Assembly (NCBI GenBank): GCA_963699755.1
Contig: CAVOVB010000001.1
Coordinates: forward strand, 1,472,001 to 1,536,000
Reading direction: 5' to 3'
Length of the DNA: 64,000 nucleotides
DNA from: an uncultured delta proteobacterium
Lineage (GTDB): Bacteria; Myxococcota_A; Polyangia; Polyangiales; Houyiibacteriaceae
The position numbers were made by a program, and so were the translations under genes. Shown piece after piece: positions 48,786 through 58,906 of the stretch (position 1 is its first letter; each line of letters opens with the position of its first letter). The notes under the pieces are model-generated. The model was not told the origin of the DNA. It made no database searches and saw only the letters and a list, made by a program, of their open reading frames with translations.

Positions 48786-49880
48786 ATGTCCCCTCATGTC
48801 TTTTTTACAGGATTCCCCGGATTCATCGGCAAGCAGCTGATCGAGCGGCTGATCCACGATGAGCCAGAGGCGAGCTTCACGTTCTTGATACAGGACGAGA
48901 TGCGCCCTGCTGCCGAGGCGTCGATTGTAGCTCTCGATGCGAAGAGCCGGGGGTTCGCCGCGCGCTCGCGCCTCGTCGCGGGGGACATCACGCAGCGGTG
49001 GCTCGGCATGAGTCAGGAGCTCTACCAGGAGGAGGCCGCGCGCACGTCCCATGTCTGGCATCTGGCAGCGGTCTACGACTTGTCGGTCCCTGAACCCATC
49101 GCCTATCGGGTGAACGTCATCGGCACGGCCAACCTGCTCGACTACTGCGAGGCCTGCCCGGGTCTCGTCCGGCTCGACTACGTCTCGACCTGCTACGTGA
49201 GCGGCGACCGGACCGGCTTGGTACGCGAGAACGAGCTCGACGAAGGCCAGGCCTTCAAGAACCACTACGAGTCGACCAAGGCCTGGGCTGAGATGGAAGT
49301 GCGACGGCGCATACACAAGCTGCCCGTGTGCATCCACAGGCCGGGCATCGTGGTCGGAGACTCGCGCACCGGCGAGACCGACAAGTACGACGGCCCATAC
49401 TTCATCATCAAGCTCCTGATGCGGCTGCCCAAATGGGTGCCGATGGTCAACCTCGGTGAGGGCGGCTCGCGCGTGAATCTGGTCCCGGTCGACTTCCTCT
49501 GCGACGGCGTGGCTTCGGTCTGGAACGAGCCCGCGGCGCTCGGGCAAACCATCCACTGGGCAGATCCGAACCCGTACCCAGCCAAGGAGATTGTTCGCGA
49601 GCTCCTCAGGATCCTAGGTCGTCCGCGCAGCCTGGGCACGGTGCCTCCGGACACCGTCGAACGAGCGCTGGCGATCAAGCGCGTCCGCGAGCTGACCCAG
49701 GTGCCTCAGCAGGCGGTCATCTATTTCAACCACGATGTCATCTACGACACCGAGAACCAGCATCGCTTCCTCGAGGGCACGGACCTGCGCTGCCCCGACT
49801 TCCTGAGTTACCTGCCGACCCTCGTCCAATACGTGAAGGCCAACCCCCGAAAGGAATTCCTCGACGGCCGCGAGGCCTGA
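48786..49880 (+). CDS. Extended SDR (NAD_binding_4 / fatty-acyl- or thioester-reductase-like)
   Basis: FTGFPGFIG, HLAAVYDL, NVIGT, YVSTCYVSG, NHYESTK (YxxxK), RPGIVVGDS, VPVDF. Confidence 0.85.
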   Translation: MSPHVFFTGFPGFIGKQLIERLIHDEPEASFTFLIQDEMRPAAEASIVALDAKSRGFAARSRLVAGDITQRWLGMSQELYQEEAARTSHVWHLAAVYDLSVPEPIAYRVNVIGTANLLDYCEACPGLVRLDYVSTCYVSGDRTGLVRENELDEGQAFKNHYESTKAWAEMEVRRRIHKLPVCIHRPGIVVGDSRTGETDKYDGPYFIIKLLMRLPKWVPMVNLGEGGSRVNLVPVDFLCDGVASVWNEPAALGQTIHWADPNPYPAKEIVRELLRILGRPRSLGTVPPDTVERALAIKRVRELTQVPQQAVIYFNHDVIYDTENQHRFLEGTDLRCPDFLSYLPTLVQYVKANPRKEFLDGREA

Positions 49881-50073
49881 GGCCGGCTCTTCGGGCCGGC
49901 GCGGCCTAGGGCGTGGCGCGCTCGCGTTCCTCGCCTCACTGCCCCCGCAAGCCTGGTCCTTCACGGGCGTATCTGTTATTGGCATTTGTCCGAATTCGAA
50001 GGGCGCCTCCAGCTATCGAGGCGGGTCGGTGGATGCTTCCCAGGTTTGCACACGGAGATTGGTGATCAGATCG

Positions 50074-52881
50074 ATGACTGCAACGGTACTCCCAGCAATC
50101 TTCTTCCTCTCCGGTTGCGGCGCCCTGATCTTCGAAAACCTCTGGTTCTACCAGGCGGGCATCACGTTCGGTAACTCGGTTTGGGCATCGAGCCTGGTGC
50201 TGGCGGGATTCATGGGTGGGCTCGCATTGGGCAATGCGCTTGCAGCACGCCTCCGGCCTCGCCAGTTCCGCGCCATTCGGACCTACGCCATGCTCGAGCT
50301 CGCCATCGGGATCTCGGGCTTCGCGCTGGTCGTGGGCCTGCCATGGTTGACCACGCTGCTTGCCAGCGTCTTTGGGCCGTTGCTTTCGTCGCCGTGGATT
50401 GCGAACCCTCTAAGACTCGGGGTTGCATTCCTCTTGCTGTTGATTCCATCGACTGCGATGGGCGCCACCTTGCCGGTGATGGTCTCCGCGCTCTATCAAC
50501 GAGACCCCCGGTTTGGCAGCGTTCTCGGCCGGCTTTATGGCTGGAACACGCTTGGCGCCGTGGTAGGAGCGCTCGCAGGCCATCTGATCTTGATCGAAGC
50601 GCTCGGAGTGCGCGGGACCGGCTTGGCTGCCGCAGGAATTTCGCTCTCGGCGGCCGGACTCGCGTTCGTCTTCTCCAAGCGGTTCGAGCGCCCCGTCGAG
50701 GAGGATGCGCGACCACCGGCGGAGCCGACCGCTCGCCTTTCGGCGAGCGCACGATGGCTTCTCCTCGCAGCGGGCATCGCCGGCTTCACGCTCTTAGGGC
50801 TCGAGGTCGTGTGGTTTCGCTTCCTGCTTCACTTCATGCACGGCAGCAGCCAAACGTTTTCGGTCCTCTTGGCTATCGTGCTTGCGGGCATCGGACTTGG
50901 CGGGCTCTCAGGCGGGTATCTAGCTAGCTCGGAGGATCGGGCCCAGCATCTGCTCCCCGCTGCCGCGACGCTCACCGGGCTCGTCTGCATCGTTCTCTAC
51001 TGGTTCTTCCCGGCAGGGCCACGCGACTACGACTGGGGCCCTACATTCGTCCGCGGGCTGTCGCTCATGTTTCCCGTTGCCTTCCTCTCTGGCGTGCTGT
51101 TCACCATGCTCGGTACCGCTCTGAAACGCGAAATCGACAGTGAGACGCGCGCCGCGGGGGTCCTGACCTTGGCGAACACGATCGGCGCGACGATGGGACC
51201 TTTGGCGGTTGGATTCTTTCTCTTGCCGACGTTCGGGGTCGACCGCGCGGTGCAGGTGCTCAGTGGCCTTTACCTCCTGATGGGGCTGGCAATCCTCGCT
51301 GCTGGGGCGTTTCCGCGTCGATTGCCCATGCGGATTCTCACCGGTGGTGCCGCCGCTTCTTTGGTCTTGATGCTCCTCGTCTTTCCTGCGGGTGCCACGC
51401 TCGAGCGCCACCTCGAACCTGTGGTCGATCCCTTCACGCGCGGTCTCGGTGCCGAGGTGGTTGCGATGCGCGAAGGGGTTACCGAGACGATCATCTACAC
51501 CGGGCTCAAAGCCTTCGGAGAGCCGGTTTGGTATACGATGCTCACGAACGGCTACTCGATGTCCGGTACGAGCATCGAGGGCCAGCGCTACATGAAGCTC
51601 TTCGTGTACCTGCCGATGGCGCTGAACCCCGATGCCAAAAAAGCCCTGCTGATCAGTTATGGCGTTGGCAGCACAGCCAAAGCCCTCACCAATACCGCCG
51701 GCCTCGAGTCGATCGACGTCGTAGACATCTCACGGGACGTGCTCGAGATGAACGAGATCGTATACCCGGGCGAAGGCGAGCTTCCACTTGATGATCCCCG
51801 CGTAGAGGTCCATGTCGAAGATGGTCGGTACTTCCTGCAGACCACGGAGAAGCGTTTCGATCTGATCACCGGCGAGCCTCCGCCACCAAAGATGGCCGGG
51901 ATCGTCACCCTCTATACCCGCGAGTACTTCTCGTTGGCCTACGATCGCCTCAACGAGGGAGGAATTGTCAGCTATTGGCTTCCCGTTCACAGCCTCTCTC
52001 CAGGTGACAGCAAATCGATCATCCGCGCTTTTTGCGACGTCTTCGAGGACTGCACGCTCTGGGGGGGCTCGGCCTTCGATTGGATCCTACTCGGCACGCG
52101 CAACGCAACGGCCCCGAGGAGCGCCAAGCGATTCGTCCAGCAGTGGGAGGATCCCGTGGTCGGCCCGGACCTCGCAGCCATCGGCGTCGAGCGGCCCGAG
52201 CAGCTCGGCGCATTGTTCATGGCCGGACCGGATGACCTAGAGGAGATCGCAGGCGACGCCCTGCCCTTAACAGACGATCACCCGAAGCGGCTTTCCGATG
52301 AAACCTTCGATTTGGCAGCGGGGGTACAGAGCTATGTTCCCTGGATGGACAAGACCAATACGCGTCTTCGCTTTGAACAGAGCCCCTGGATTCGAGAGTT
52401 TTGGCCGCAGGAGCTTCGAAGCGCGACCCCTGTCTATTTTCTCGCGCAATACGAGTTCAATCGGACTGTGATCGAAAAGCCAGTCGACATGCAGGTCGTG
52501 CTCCCGAGGCTCCACGTGTTCCTCACGCGGACGCCGCTCGAGACACTGCCACTATGGATGCTGCAGAGTCACGAGCTTCGTCAGCACGCGGCCCGGACTG
52601 CCCTTGCGAAAGGCAATGCGGACGCGAGCACCTATTTTGAGCTCGGTCTGGGCGAGCTGGCGAAAAGAAACTACGCCCGAGCCGAGGAGCTGTTCGCACA
52701 GGCCCTGCAGGCAGGCGCAAGCGGCCCGCGCCTGCAGACGCTCGGGCTCTACTCGCACTTCATGGCGAGGGACCCCGAAGGACAGCGTGCCCTGGTTCAG
52801 GAGCTCAAGGACAAGGCTGCGGCCGCGCAGGAACAACCGTGGATCTTGCCTTTGCTCGAGCAGTGGATCGCGCCCGAATAG
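50074..52881 (+). CDS. Fused MFS-like membrane domain / spermidine synthase-like SAM-dependent transferase with C-terminal TPR
   Basis: Two blocks of TM helices (YGWNTLG, ANTIG), then SYGVGSTA, VVDIS, EDGRYFL, FDLITGEPPPP, LYTREYF. Confidence 0.85.
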   Translation: MTATVLPAIFFLSGCGALIFENLWFYQAGITFGNSVWASSLVLAGFMGGLALGNALAARLRPRQFRAIRTYAMLELAIGISGFALVVGLPWLTTLLASVFGPLLSSPWIANPLRLGVAFLLLLIPSTAMGATLPVMVSALYQRDPRFGSVLGRLYGWNTLGAVVGALAGHLILIEALGVRGTGLAAAGISLSAAGLAFVFSKRFERPVEEDARPPAEPTARLSASARWLLLAAGIAGFTLLGLEVVWFRFLLHFMHGSSQTFSVLLAIVLAGIGLGGLSGGYLASSEDRAQHLLPAAATLTGLVCIVLYWFFPAGPRDYDWGPTFVRGLSLMFPVAFLSGVLFTMLGTALKREIDSETRAAGVLTLANTIGATMGPLAVGFFLLPTFGVDRAVQVLSGLYLLMGLAILAAGAFPRRLPMRILTGGAAASLVLMLLVFPAGATLERHLEPVVDPFTRGLGAEVVAMREGVTETIIYTGLKAFGEPVWYTMLTNGYSMSGTSIEGQRYMKLFVYLPMALNPDAKKALLISYGVGSTAKALTNTAGLESIDVVDISRDVLEMNEIVYPGEGELPLDDPRVEVHVEDGRYFLQTTEKRFDLITGEPPPPKMAGIVTLYTREYFSLAYDRLNEGGIVSYWLPVHSLSPGDSKSIIRAFCDVFEDCTLWGGSAFDWILLGTRNATAPRSAKRFVQQWEDPVVGPDLAAIGVERPEQLGALFMAGPDDLEEIAGDALPLTDDHPKRLSDETFDLAAGVQSYVPWMDKTNTRLRFEQSPWIREFWPQELRSATPVYFLAQYEFNRTVIEKPVDMQVVLPRLHVFLTRTPLETLPLWMLQSHELRQHAARTALAKGNADASTYFELGLGELAKRNYARAEELFAQALQAGASGPRLQTLGLYSHFMARDPEGQRALVQELKDKAAAAQEQPWILPLLEQWIAPE

Positions 52882-52905
52882 GGTGATAGCGGTTTCAAGA
52901 GCGAC

Positions 52906-53832
52906 CTAGCGGCTGTGCTGCAAGAGCCAGTCGGTCGCCAATTCGGCGAAGGAAGTCTGTCCGGCGAGAGGAGGGTAGAAGATCGGAATGTGCGGCCCGT
53001 CTTGAATCGTCCAAAGCCCCGCTTCGACGCCGTCCTCGCAGCCCGCCGTATACGCCACTTGCTCGGTCTCCTCACCCGCGATCGTAGTAACCAGGTCAAC
53101 GCTACCGAGTAGGGTGGGCGAGCCAGTATCGCAGCCCGCCGCGGCGGCAAAGTACTCGGCCGTCTCGACCGCGCTCGGGTAAACGCCCGTAACGCCGTCA
53201 TAGAGGATCGTCGTGTCTGCAGTCCCGTGGACTTGGAGCACACTCACCGGGCGTGTTGCGGGCTTACAGTCGGCGCCCTCGGCAAAGGTCGAGCCCGCCA
53301 GGCTGACGATCGCCGTGATGAGCTCCGACGCTTCGCATGCCATTCGATAAGACATGAAGCCCCCGTTGGAATGCCCCAGCAGATACACGCGGTTGCCGTC
53401 GATGTTGTAGGTCTGCTTGGCTTCTTCGATCAGTGCGCTCAAGTAGCCCACGTCATCGACGGCCTTGTCGGGGTCACAGCAGAACGAAGCCCCGTTCCAG
53501 AAACGATCACCGTCCTCGTTCAAGGTGCCATCAGGCATCAGCAGGACGAGGTCTTTCTCGTCGACCAGATCGAGAATCCCCAAGAACCCAGCTTGAACCT
53601 CGCCCGTGAACGGCCCGAAACCGTGAAGGACGATCAGCAGCGGATGCTGAACGCTGGGGTCGTAGCTCTCGGGGATGGCCACCAGCGCGGGACGATCGCT
53701 GCCGATCATCAGCGGAGGGTCCGCGGAAAAGCCCTGGCCGCCGGTGCCTCCGGTCCCCGGACTGCTGTTGCCGTTGGAGCTGCCACAGCCGAAGGCGATC
53801 GCGAAGAGGAGAAGTGAAGATATGTTTTTCAT
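52906..53832 (-). CDS. Lipoprotein alpha/beta-hydrolase (PHB-depolymerase/LpqC-like esterase)
   Basis: Lipobox AFGC; LHG, GHSNGG nucleophile elbow, HGTADTTI, catalytic His near GPH. Confidence 0.85.
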   Translation of the reverse strand: MKNISSLLLFAIAFGCGSSNGNSSPGTGGTGGQGFSADPPLMIGSDRPALVAIPESYDPSVQHPLLIVLHGFGPFTGEVQAGFLGILDLVDEKDLVLLMPDGTLNEDGDRFWNGASFCCDPDKAVDDVGYLSALIEEAKQTYNIDGNRVYLLGHSNGGFMSYRMACEASELITAIVSLAGSTFAEGADCKPATRPVSVLQVHGTADTTILYDGVTGVYPSAVETAEYFAAAAGCDTGSPTLLGSVDLVTTIAGEETEQVAYTAGCEDGVEAGLWTIQDGPHIPIFYPPLAGQTSFAELATDWLLQHSR

Positions 53833-53876
53833 CCGGCGAATGATACAAGCGGGGCGTCTCCGAACCTAGCCCCTTT

Positions 53877-55181
53877 TCATTCGACGATGCGGATGAGGTG
53901 CGTCGGTGCCGTCGTGAGATGCGTGGCGTCGATCGCGTTGAGCGCAGCCCGAACCATTCCTTCGCGCGCGTGGTGCGTCAGGATGGCGATTGTCGCGGTG
54001 CCTGCCTCGCCGGCATCTGCGTCCTGAACCATCTGCTCGATCGAGATGCCGGAGTCGCTCAGCTTCCCCGAGAGCGCGGCGAGCACTCCTGGCTCGTCTC
54101 TGACGGTAAATCGAAGGTAGTAGCGCGACGACAAGTCGGCACTTGCTTGAAGCTTCTGCTCTCGCTCGGACGGGAGGTGCCACCGCCGGACGGGCGCGCC
54201 GGCGAGTGCGTTCTTCGCGATGTCGATGATATCGCCGGCAACACTGACGGCCGTGGGACCGGCGCCCGCTCCGAGGCCGGAGAGAAAGCTGGGGCCGACC
54301 ATCTCGCCCTTGATCGCTACGGCGTTGAGCGCCCCGTCGACGTGAGCCAGCGGGTCGCTCTTGGGAACCAAGGCGGGATGGACGCGGAGATCCAGCTCCC
54401 CGGTCGCCAGACGTTCGGCGACGGCGAGAGGCCGAATCACGTAGCCAAAGTTTCGCGCGTACTGGATGTCGCGTGGATCGACCTGCTCGATGCCTTCAGT
54501 CATGATTTCGCTCGGCAGCACGCGAGCCCCAAACGCAAGGCCGGCGATGAGCGCTAGCTTGTGGCCCGCATCTCCGCCGCTGATGTCGAGCGTTGGATCG
54601 GCTTCAGCGAAGCCTGCCTCTTGCGCGGCCCTGAGCGCATCTGCGAACGCAGCTCCTTCGTTGGCCATCCTCGACAAGATGTAGTTGCTAGTCCCGTTGA
54701 TGATGCCCCTCACGGAAACGATGTGATCGGACGCCAGTGACTCCCGAATGACGCGAATCACGGGGATGGCGCCGGCCACGGCGGCCTCGAAGTACAAGTC
54801 GCAGCCATTGGCCTCCGCGAGCTCGAACAAAGCTGCCCCGCGTTCGGCGAGTAGCGCTTTGTTCGCCGTGACGACGTGCTTCTTCGCGTCTAACGCGGTG
54901 CGCACCAGGCGCTCGGCAACCGCGATGCCGCCGATGAGCTCGACGACGATGTCGACGTCGTCCCGTTGCGCGAGCTCAAACGCGTCGTCGAGCAAGGTGA
55001 CGCTCGGATCCTGCGCACGAACGATCTCGAGCCGGGCCGGATCCTTGTCGGCCACTGCGGCAAGCCTGATGGGCGCGCCCGCTCGCGCCCCGATGACGTC
55101 CGCGTGCTGAAGCAAGACCCTGGTCAGGCCCTCGCCGATCACGCCGCATCCACATAGTCCAACCCGAATTTCGCGTCCCAA
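53877..55181 (-). CDS. hom: Homoserine dehydrogenase with ACT domain
   Basis: GCGVIG, VVTANKA, FEAAVAGAIP, INGTSNYIL, AEADP, GAGAGPTA, ACT motif DEPGVL; GGAGG upstream of TTG start. Confidence 0.96.
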   Translation of the reverse strand: MGREIRVGLCGCGVIGEGLTRVLLQHADVIGARAGAPIRLAAVADKDPARLEIVRAQDPSVTLLDDAFELAQRDDVDIVVELIGGIAVAERLVRTALDAKKHVVTANKALLAERGAALFELAEANGCDLYFEAAVAGAIPVIRVIRESLASDHIVSVRGIINGTSNYILSRMANEGAAFADALRAAQEAGFAEADPTLDISGGDAGHKLALIAGLAFGARVLPSEIMTEGIEQVDPRDIQYARNFGYVIRPLAVAERLATGELDLRVHPALVPKSDPLAHVDGALNAVAIKGEMVGPSFLSGLGAGAGPTAVSVAGDIIDIAKNALAGAPVRRWHLPSEREQKLQASADLSSRYYLRFTVRDEPGVLAALSGKLSDSGISIEQMVQDADAGEAGTATIAILTHHAREGMVRAALNAIDATHLTTAPTHLIRIVE

Positions 55182-55389
55182 ACCAGTTCCTCCGAGAAGC
55201 GCTCACGGTAGCAGACCCCACCATGATGTCACTAGTGGGGGATGCTCGTCGAACGCGATGAGGCACGACACCGCCTATGGCCTCGTTCGAGCTTGCGAGC
55301 GCTCGCAGTGTTCGGAGTGGATCGCCAGCGGAGATTCCGGGCTGCGTTTTTCGGGTGCTTCGTTTTGGACCATCTCCGCCAGCGGAACG

Positions 55390-56601
55390 CTACTGGCAGG
55401 AGCCCTCGATCAAGAACTTCGAGCGTACCGCGTTGTTCTGGATGCTTTCAGGATCGGTGACCGCGACTTCCAGACCCCAACGCTCCAAGGTGTCGAAGGA
55501 GAGCGTTCCCGTCATGTCGAACTCCCAGCAATCGCTGTTCCACCAGCTGTCCGCGCTATCGTCTCCCCAGGACCAGGCGAGCCAGCCAATGTCCCTTGCA
55601 TTCGCCTCTGCGATGATCCCGCGATAGTCGATATCGGGGCCGCAGGTTCCGTTCGGGGCCCTGTTGGCAAACTCACCGATGATGAAGGGGAGGTCCATGT
55701 CGACAGCGGTCTGCAAGACATTCGCGATCTGTGAGCGATTCAACGGGTCATAGAGGTGAGCAGAAAACACCAGGTTGTGCTCCGGATCGGACTCGATCAG
55801 CGCAGCCCCCTTGTCGAACACGACTTGGGAATCTCGGCCCCAGCCGCTCGCATCGATGACGAGCGGCACGCGAATTCCCGCGTTCCGCATTCTCGTGATG
55901 GCGTTTCGGTAGACGTTCTCGAAGTCGTCGTAGCCTTGTCCCTGAGAGGGTCCCGCCTCGTTGGCGATGTTCACCATCAGATACTGCTGGTGCCTTGCGA
56001 TGAAGGACACCGCTTCGGGGCTCGTCCAGTAATCGACGATCGCGTCCATGTTTCCCCAGCTGCCTGGGCCCGTCGCGTCGTGCATCTCGAGCATGGGGAA
56101 CATGCCGTTGGCGATTGCCGCTGCGACTGCGTCTTGTGCTTCTGTGATCGCCACTCCGTTCTGCGCCCACCAGAAGAGTCTCACGGCGTTTGCTTCGGTC
56201 CGCGCGATCTCGCTCATGGCCGCGCCCGCGCGGTCGACGTAGAGGGTAGGATGATTGACCCCCATCAGGACGACCCGCTCACCGCAGGCGTCGTAGAGGT
56301 GACGTCCCGAAGTGTGCATGGTCGGGCCCGCGGGTCCTCCATCGCCTGGAGGCTCGGGTTGCGGCGGCAACGGCGTAGGTGGCATCGGTTGCGGCGGCTC
56401 GGGCTGCGGTGGCGCTGGTTGCGGGGCTTCCGGTTGCGGGGACTCAGGCTCGCATGGGTCGCAGCTCGAACTGGGAGCGGGGCCTTCGGCCCCAGCGTCG
56501 CCTGTCCCTTCACCCCCTGGACTCGCTATGTCGCCGCATGCGCCGGCCGTGACTCCCGCGGCCAGCAGAGCGGCAAGCAACACACCCTTTGTCTTGACCA
56601 T
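55390..56601 (-). CDS. Lipoprotein GH5 glycoside hydrolase (beta-mannanase-like)
   Basis: Lipobox AGAC, Pro-rich linker, GVNH, EMHDATG, NIANE (acid/base), FSAHLY, IGEF (nucleophile), WLAWSW. Confidence 0.88.
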   Translation of the reverse strand: MVKTKGVLLAALLAAGVTAGACGDIASPGGEGTGDAGAEGPAPSSSCDPCEPESPQPEAPQPAPPQPEPPQPMPPTPLPPQPEPPGDGGPAGPTMHTSGRHLYDACGERVVLMGVNHPTLYVDRAGAAMSEIARTEANAVRLFWWAQNGVAITEAQDAVAAAIANGMFPMLEMHDATGPGSWGNMDAIVDYWTSPEAVSFIARHQQYLMVNIANEAGPSQGQGYDDFENVYRNAITRMRNAGIRVPLVIDASGWGRDSQVVFDKGAALIESDPEHNLVFSAHLYDPLNRSQIANVLQTAVDMDLPFIIGEFANRAPNGTCGPDIDYRGIIAEANARDIGWLAWSWGDDSADSWWNSDCWEFDMTGTLSFDTLERWGLEVAVTDPESIQNNAVRSKFLIEGSCQ

Positions 56602-56695
56602 CTAACCAGCCCCCCAATCAAAATATTACCCCTTAAGGGTGCTATCAGGTAGCTGGATCGGAGGTTCGTTACAAAGAAATACGCCTTTGGGCGGT

Positions 56696-57456
56696 CTAAT
56701 CGGCACAGCGCGTCGATGGAGCGCCGTGTCGTTTGGGGCCCGAGTCTGACGGCCACAATCGCGGGATGACCTTTGGTACGTTCTGGCGGTAGGTAAGGTA
56801 GCGCTGGCCGAAGCGGCGAACGAGGTCGCGTTCTTCGAAGAAGAGACCGACGAACATATACGCCGTCATGCCCGTCGCGAAGACGCAATGCCCGGTCGTC
56901 ATGACTGGTGTTGCCCAGATGCCTACGAGGATGCCCAGCTGGATCGGGTGCCGAACCAGCCGGTACATCCACGGCGTGCGGAACTCGAGATCGGGCACGG
57001 GCCGGCTCCGAAACGCACTCCACGCCTGCGTCAGGCCAAATAGGTGAAAGTGGTCGAGCGCGAACGTGGCAGCCACGAGGAGGAACCAGCCAGCGGCTTG
57101 GATACCGAAGATGGCAAAGACGGCTGCAGAGCGGTCAACGCGCCAGATCTCCGTCGTCATCGGCGACCAGAACACATAGGCGGCAATCAGGCAGCCAACG
57201 GTCGCTAGCACATAGGTGGCGCGCTCCACGGGCTCTGGAATGATCTTCCTCGAGGCTTGCTTGAACGACCAGCGTGCCATGACGCTATGTTGCAAGCCAA
57301 AGAGCAACACGAGTCCGAGATTGATCGCGACTGCGACCGCCCATGGCCGCGAAGCACCGGGTAGCAGACGACCCCGTAGATCAAAGTAGCCCAGCGCGCT
57401 GGGGCTGACAGGGTGGCGGTACCGAGGGAGTGGTCTTGTGGATCGAGATGAGTCAT
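56696..57456 (-). pseudogene. Methanethiol S-methyltransferase (MddA-like, ICMT family) disrupted by deletion and frameshift
   Basis: One frame gives LIYGVVCY; near 57360 it shifts to GASRPWAVAVAINL..LFGLQHSVMAR..ERATYV..DHFHLFGL..VRHP..EERDL. Confidence 0.75.
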
Positions 57457-57527
57457 TGCGCTCTCCTTTGTCAGTCTTGGAGGCGCTAGAGCGCGTCGCG
57501 CACCCTGCTAGGAGGCGCCTGGCGGGA

Positions 57528-58774
57528 TCAAAGTCGCCAGCTCATTCCGCTTTTCGGCTCGTAGCTGCAGAAGGCGCCAGTATGTACGGCGTCGCCGAAA
57601 TGCACTCCTGCGGCGGGATGGGCCTCGGCGATGCGCTGGATGCTTTCGCGAATTCGTGCGCTGACCGCTTTGCGCGCTCGGCCGCTTGGGTCCTCGAGCT
57701 TTCGACTTCGGCCGCCGAGCCCAGTCGCCACGCGCAGCTCCCCGAGGATCGCATCGCGCTCTTGCTCGAGGCGCCCGATCCTGCCGAGGTCGTTGAAGGA
57801 GCAAGCTTCTTTCGAATCTTCTTCGATCGCCAGCACCCGCGCCCGGAACTCGCGTCGCGCGCGATCGTCGAGCATGTCATCGCTGCCAAGAACCGGCGCG
57901 GCGGATTCTGCTCCTGCATGAGCGCCGCAGCGGCGATTTCTCGACCGGGATTCGCCGGGAGTGTGGCCAGGTCGTCGAGCCCCTTGCTGTGCTTGAGTAG
58001 CGCTGCCCTCTCTCCTTCCCACGGTGGATGTGCCCTCCCGTCGAGCGGCACAAAGGAGGCATCGGGGAGACTCGCGGCGAGCTCGCGCCCTGACTCGAAT
58101 GGGATCACACCATCTTGGTGCCGATGCGTCACCAAACACGGGACCGTCACCGCGGGCGCTATCGCCGTGACGTCGGCAGAATACGTCAGCATCAAGAGCT
58201 GTGCTGCCGTTTCGCTGTTCGCCGATTCGCGCTGCATGGCGGTGATCCGTCGCACCTCCTCGGGCGAATGGTCCGGCGTGAAGATCGAAGCCAAGGTCTT
58301 GGAACCGACGCCCCAGCTCGCGCGAACGAGGGCAAGCAAGGCCTCCTGGACTTCGGGTTCAGAGATGGTGCAACCGCGAAGATAAGTGCCGTGCAAAATG
58401 AGGCTGCGTACCCTGGACGGCTCCCTCTCCGCGTAGGAAATCGCAGTTGGACCACCGCACGACACACCAAAGAGCGTGAACTTGTCGAGCCCAAGATGGT
58501 CGATGAGGGATCCCATGAGTTCGACTTCGCGGTCAACCGTGATGTCTTTCGGATCGCGATCCCGATCACTGAGGCCCACGCCAATGCGATCGTAGCGAAC
58601 TACGAGGTGATGCTGCGCGAGAGCTCCGAAGAATTCCCGAAAGGCGTTGTGCTCCCAGTCCTTTTCGACGTGGCTGATCCACCAAGCCGGAAAGACGATG
58701 GCGGGACCGTCACCGTCGAGGGCGTATGCGAGTCGCTTTCCATCTCGAGTGCTGCAAAATCGGATACTGGGCAC
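57528..58774 (-). pseudogene. Alpha/beta-hydrolase-domain transcriptional regulator-like gene, frameshifted
   Basis: Hydrolase part (RYDRIGVGLSDR, GVSCGG) runs into KHSKGL..PGREI; near 57917 the conserved tail (LDDRARREFRAR..GLGGRSR..RARKAVSARIR..TGAFCSY) continues in another frame. Confidence 0.7.
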
Positions 58775-58906
58775 GCGGCAAGCCTAGCTTTCATCCCCGC
58801 CGCACACAATCCTCGGCCCTCTATGCGTGAGCTGGCGGTCGCTCGATCGGTTCTAGTGCCACTTGGGTAGGGCATTGCTCGAGGCACTACAACCAAAGGA
58901 TGAACC

